From assembly GCA_048772705.1 (NCBI GenBank), contig JBLWGC010000224.1:62001-126000 (forward strand): DNA of 64,000 nucleotides. The letters run 5' to 3'. Of the stretch, positions 61,469-64,000 are shown piece by piece; position 1 is the first letter of the stretch; every line of letters begins with the position of its first letter. Below the pieces are notes generated by a model that worked only from the letters and a program-made list of their open reading frames with translations, did not search any database and had not been told where the DNA came from. The translations under genes were made by a program, and so were the position numbers. Source of the stretch: Leidyana gryllorum EB-2025a (Eukaryota; Protista; Apicomplexa).

Positions 61469-63682
61469 ATGGCTTCTCACAATGGAATGATCACCATGGA
61501 GCACATGCGTGCCGTCTTCAAGCCGACCGGTGTTGCTGTGGTCGGTGCCACTGAACGTTTGGGTTCGGTTGGCCGTACTACTTTGGAGAACCTCATGAAG
61601 GGTTATGGCACCGAAGCTCTCCCCTTCGAGATTTATCCCGTCAACCCCACTCGTGACACCGTTCTGGGTTTGAAGTGCTACAAGTCCGTCTCTGCCATTG
61701 ACACTGGCAAATGCGAGATGGTTGTTGTTATCACCCCCGCTGCCAAATGCAATGCTGTTGTCCAAGATTGCACTCAGAACAAATCCGTCAAGGTGGTGGT
61801 CGTCATCGCCGCTGGCTTCAAGGAGGTCGGCCCTGAGGGTTTGGCTCTCGAGCAAGAGTTGGTTGAGACTGCCGCCAAGGCTGGAATTGCCGTCATTGGC
61901 CCCAACTGTCTGGGTGTCATGTCCCCCAACTGGAAGATGAACGCTACCTTCGCTGCTGACTCTGCCATCCAGGGTTCAGTTGCCTTCATCTCTCAATCTG
62001 GTGCCATGTGTACCGCTGTTTTGGATTGGGCTCTCGCTACCGGTCAGGGTTTCAGTGGTTTCGTATCCATTGGCTCTATGGCTCACATCGAGTGGTCCCA
62101 CTTCATGCGTTACCTCGGCTCTGACGACGAGACTAAGGCTATCCTGATGTATATGGAAACCATCGGTAACGCCAACGAGTTCCTCGCTGCTGCCCGTGAG
62201 GTCGCTGCCAAGAAGCCCGTCGTTGTCATCAAGGCCGGCAAGACCGCTGCTGCCGCTGCTGCTGCTGTGTCCCACACTGGTTCCCTCGCTGGTTCCCACG
62301 ACGCTTTCCTCGCTGCCATGCGCCGCGTCGGTGTCCTCGTCGTCGATTCCATCGATGAGTTGCAGAACATCTCTATGATCACTGCCATGCAGCCCCGCCC
62401 CACTGGCCCCGATCTCTACATTGTTACCAACGCCGGAGGCCCTGGTGTCCTCACTACCGACGCCGCCGATATTGCCGGACTCCGCGTCGTTGACTTGCCC
62501 GAGTCGATGGTGGAGACTATGAACGGCTTCCTTCCTGCCGCCTGGTCTCATGCCAACCCCATCGACGTTTTGGGTGACGCCAAGGCGGATGTCTACGCCA
62601 AATCCTGCGAGGCGGTCTTCGAGCAGTCCGAGGCGGGCTCTTCCCTCCTTGTCATCCTCTCTCCCCAGTCCGTCACTGAGCCCGAAGCCACTGCTCATGC
62701 CATCGTCGAAGCCGTCAAGGCCAAGCGTGGCACTGGCAAGTTCGACGGCCCTGTTGTCTGCGCCTGGATGGGAGGCAACCAAGTCGAGTCCGGCCGCAAG
62801 TACCTCATCGCCAACGGCGTCCCCTGCTTCTCCCAACCCGATATCGCCGCTCAGGCTTTGGCCCTGGTTTGGAAACAAGCCGAAGTTGCCATGAACCTCA
62901 GCAGCGTCCCTGTCGGAACCAACCCCGAGGCCAAGAAGGTCGCCTACGAAATCATGGCTCCCGCCATGAAGGAAGGCCGTACCATCCTCACCGAGTCGGA
63001 ATCGAAGGCGGTCATGAAGGCTTTCGGTATCGACGTCGCTGAGTCTATCGTCTGCCAATCCGCTGAGGAGGCTGTCAAGGCCGCCCACGAAGTCCGCTTC
63101 CCCTGTGTCATCAAGCTCAACTCTGAGACTATCACTCACAAGTCGGACGTTGGTGGTGTCAAATTGAACATCAAGGACGACGAGGGCGTCCGTCAGGCTT
63201 GGACTGACATCAAGACCAACGTCGACAAGATTGGAGCTCACCACTTCCAGGGTGTCTCCGTCCAGCCCATGTTGGATATTGCTGCCGGTGTCGAACTCCT
63301 TGCTGGCTCTACCAACGATAATCAATTCGGCCCCATGGTTGTGTTCGGTGCTGGAGGCTGCCTCGTCGAAGTTTTCCGTGATGCGGCTATGGCTGTTCCT
63401 CCTCTCGACACTGCTGAAGCTAAGAGACTCATCGCTGCTACCAAGATCTCCAAGGCCCTCGTTCCCGGACACGGCGAGCGCTTCAAGGGCTGCCCCATGG
63501 GAGATCTCGAGACTACCATGCAGAAATTCGCTGTTGCCATCTGTGACCTCCACGAAGAGGTTGTGGAGTGCGAAATCAACCCTCTTCTTGCCCTCCCCGA
63601 CCGCATCATCGCTCTCGATGCTCGCGTCGTCTTGAAGGGCAAGGACTCTGAGCAAGTGATCGCCGCTCCCTGCCTTCTTTGA
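61469..63682 (+). CDS. ADP-forming acetyl-CoA synthetase (acetate-CoA ligase, fused alpha-beta)
   Basis: VAVVGAT, IYPVNP, IGPNCLG, FISQSGA, phospho-His SHTGSLAG, TNAGGPG, NPIDVLGDA, HKSDVGGV, EINPL..ALDAR. Intronless, strong codon bias. Confidence 0.92.
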   Translation: MASHNGMITMEHMRAVFKPTGVAVVGATERLGSVGRTTLENLMKGYGTEALPFEIYPVNPTRDTVLGLKCYKSVSAIDTGKCEMVVVITPAAKCNAVVQDCTQNKSVKVVVVIAAGFKEVGPEGLALEQELVETAAKAGIAVIGPNCLGVMSPNWKMNATFAADSAIQGSVAFISQSGAMCTAVLDWALATGQGFSGFVSIGSMAHIEWSHFMRYLGSDDETKAILMYMETIGNANEFLAAAREVAAKKPVVVIKAGKTAAAAAAAVSHTGSLAGSHDAFLAAMRRVGVLVVDSIDELQNISMITAMQPRPTGPDLYIVTNAGGPGVLTTDAADIAGLRVVDLPESMVETMNGFLPAAWSHANPIDVLGDAKADVYAKSCEAVFEQSEAGSSLLVILSPQSVTEPEATAHAIVEAVKAKRGTGKFDGPVVCAWMGGNQVESGRKYLIANGVPCFSQPDIAAQALALVWKQAEVAMNLSSVPVGTNPEAKKVAYEIMAPAMKEGRTILTESESKAVMKAFGIDVAESIVCQSAEEAVKAAHEVRFPCVIKLNSETITHKSDVGGVKLNIKDDEGVRQAWTDIKTNVDKIGAHHFQGVSVQPMLDIAAGVELLAGSTNDNQFGPMVVFGAGGCLVEVFRDAAMAVPPLDTAEAKRLIAATKISKALVPGHGERFKGCPMGDLETTMQKFAVAICDLHEEVVECEINPLLALPDRIIALDARVVLKGKDSEQVIAAPCLL

Positions 63683-63756
63683 ACCACTTTTTAGTTTCAC
63701 TGAATTCATTCCTCAACAGACCGTTTGAAAAGAATGTCGCAATTGGGTTACAATCT

Positions 63757-64000
63757 CTAGTAGCGGAGCTTACTTTCACACGTTGCAATAAAACTCTCGA
63801 ACAGATTAGCCCACGAGTCATGTTCTCTCCACAGCTCCTCAGGGTGACACTGTATACCCAGGAAGAACGGATGCTCGGCTCTTGGAATCTCGATTGCCTC
63901 CACTACCATATCGGGTGCGTGGGCGGTAGCCACCAACCCCTTTCCCAAACTTTTTACCGCTTGGTGATGCAAAGAGTTAGCCTGGGCGGTAGTGCCACAT
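63757..64000 (-). CDS. Class I glutamine amidotransferase, peptidase C26 / PuuD-like, 3' end
   Basis: NSLHHQAVKSLGKGLVATAHAPDMVVEAIE...FFLGIQCHPE. Confidence 0.8.
   Translation of the reverse strand, partial: CGTTAQANSLHHQAVKSLGKGLVATAHAPDMVVEAIEIPRAEHPFFLGIQCHPEELWREHDSWANLFESFIATCESKLRY

Noticed and set aside
61976-63709. 577-aa antisense ORF
   Set aside because: Shadow of the strongly codon-biased ACD gene; no motifs.
1-64000. Frameshifts, pseudogenes or alternative genetic code suggested by fragmented ORFs
   Set aside because: The breaks I examined resolve as canonical GT-AG introns, and TAA, TAG and TGA all serve as stops.
1-64000. tRNA, rRNA or transposon sequences
   Set aside because: None recognised by eye; tRNAscan-SE, Infernal and repeat searches would be needed to exclude them.

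Overview
Gene-dense eukaryotic DNA with GT-AG introns, mostly 37-55 nt, read with the standard code. A class XIV MyoA, sortilin and an alveolin-like protein point to an apicomplexan; a gregarine-like lineage is my inference only. I reconstructed about 36 spliced genes by hand. Recognisable ones are ORC1/CDC6, three aldo-keto reductases, TAD3, a divergent alpha-tubulin, an atypical ARF-like GTPase, ZRANB2-like, BCD1, a DA1-like peptidase, DRE2, MyoA, sortilin, GT25, a 4xKH protein, PRP40, RPT1, APEH, an importin-beta family member, SPT16, a CDK, ADP-forming acetyl-CoA synthetase and a PuuD-like amidotransferase. Most notable observations: (1) extreme gene packing, with divergent start codons repeatedly 19-23 nt apart around an A/T tract, ATGA/TGATG stop-start overlaps and overlapping convergent stops; (2) a convergent pair of secreted proteins sharing a cysteine scaffold I do not recognise, next to a small spliced secreted ORF; (3) a second, longer intron class that is UG-rich on the sense strand; (4) a GACAAA-N3-TTTGTC dyad in two divergent intergenic regions. 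Gene models and family calls come from motif recognition, not database searches.
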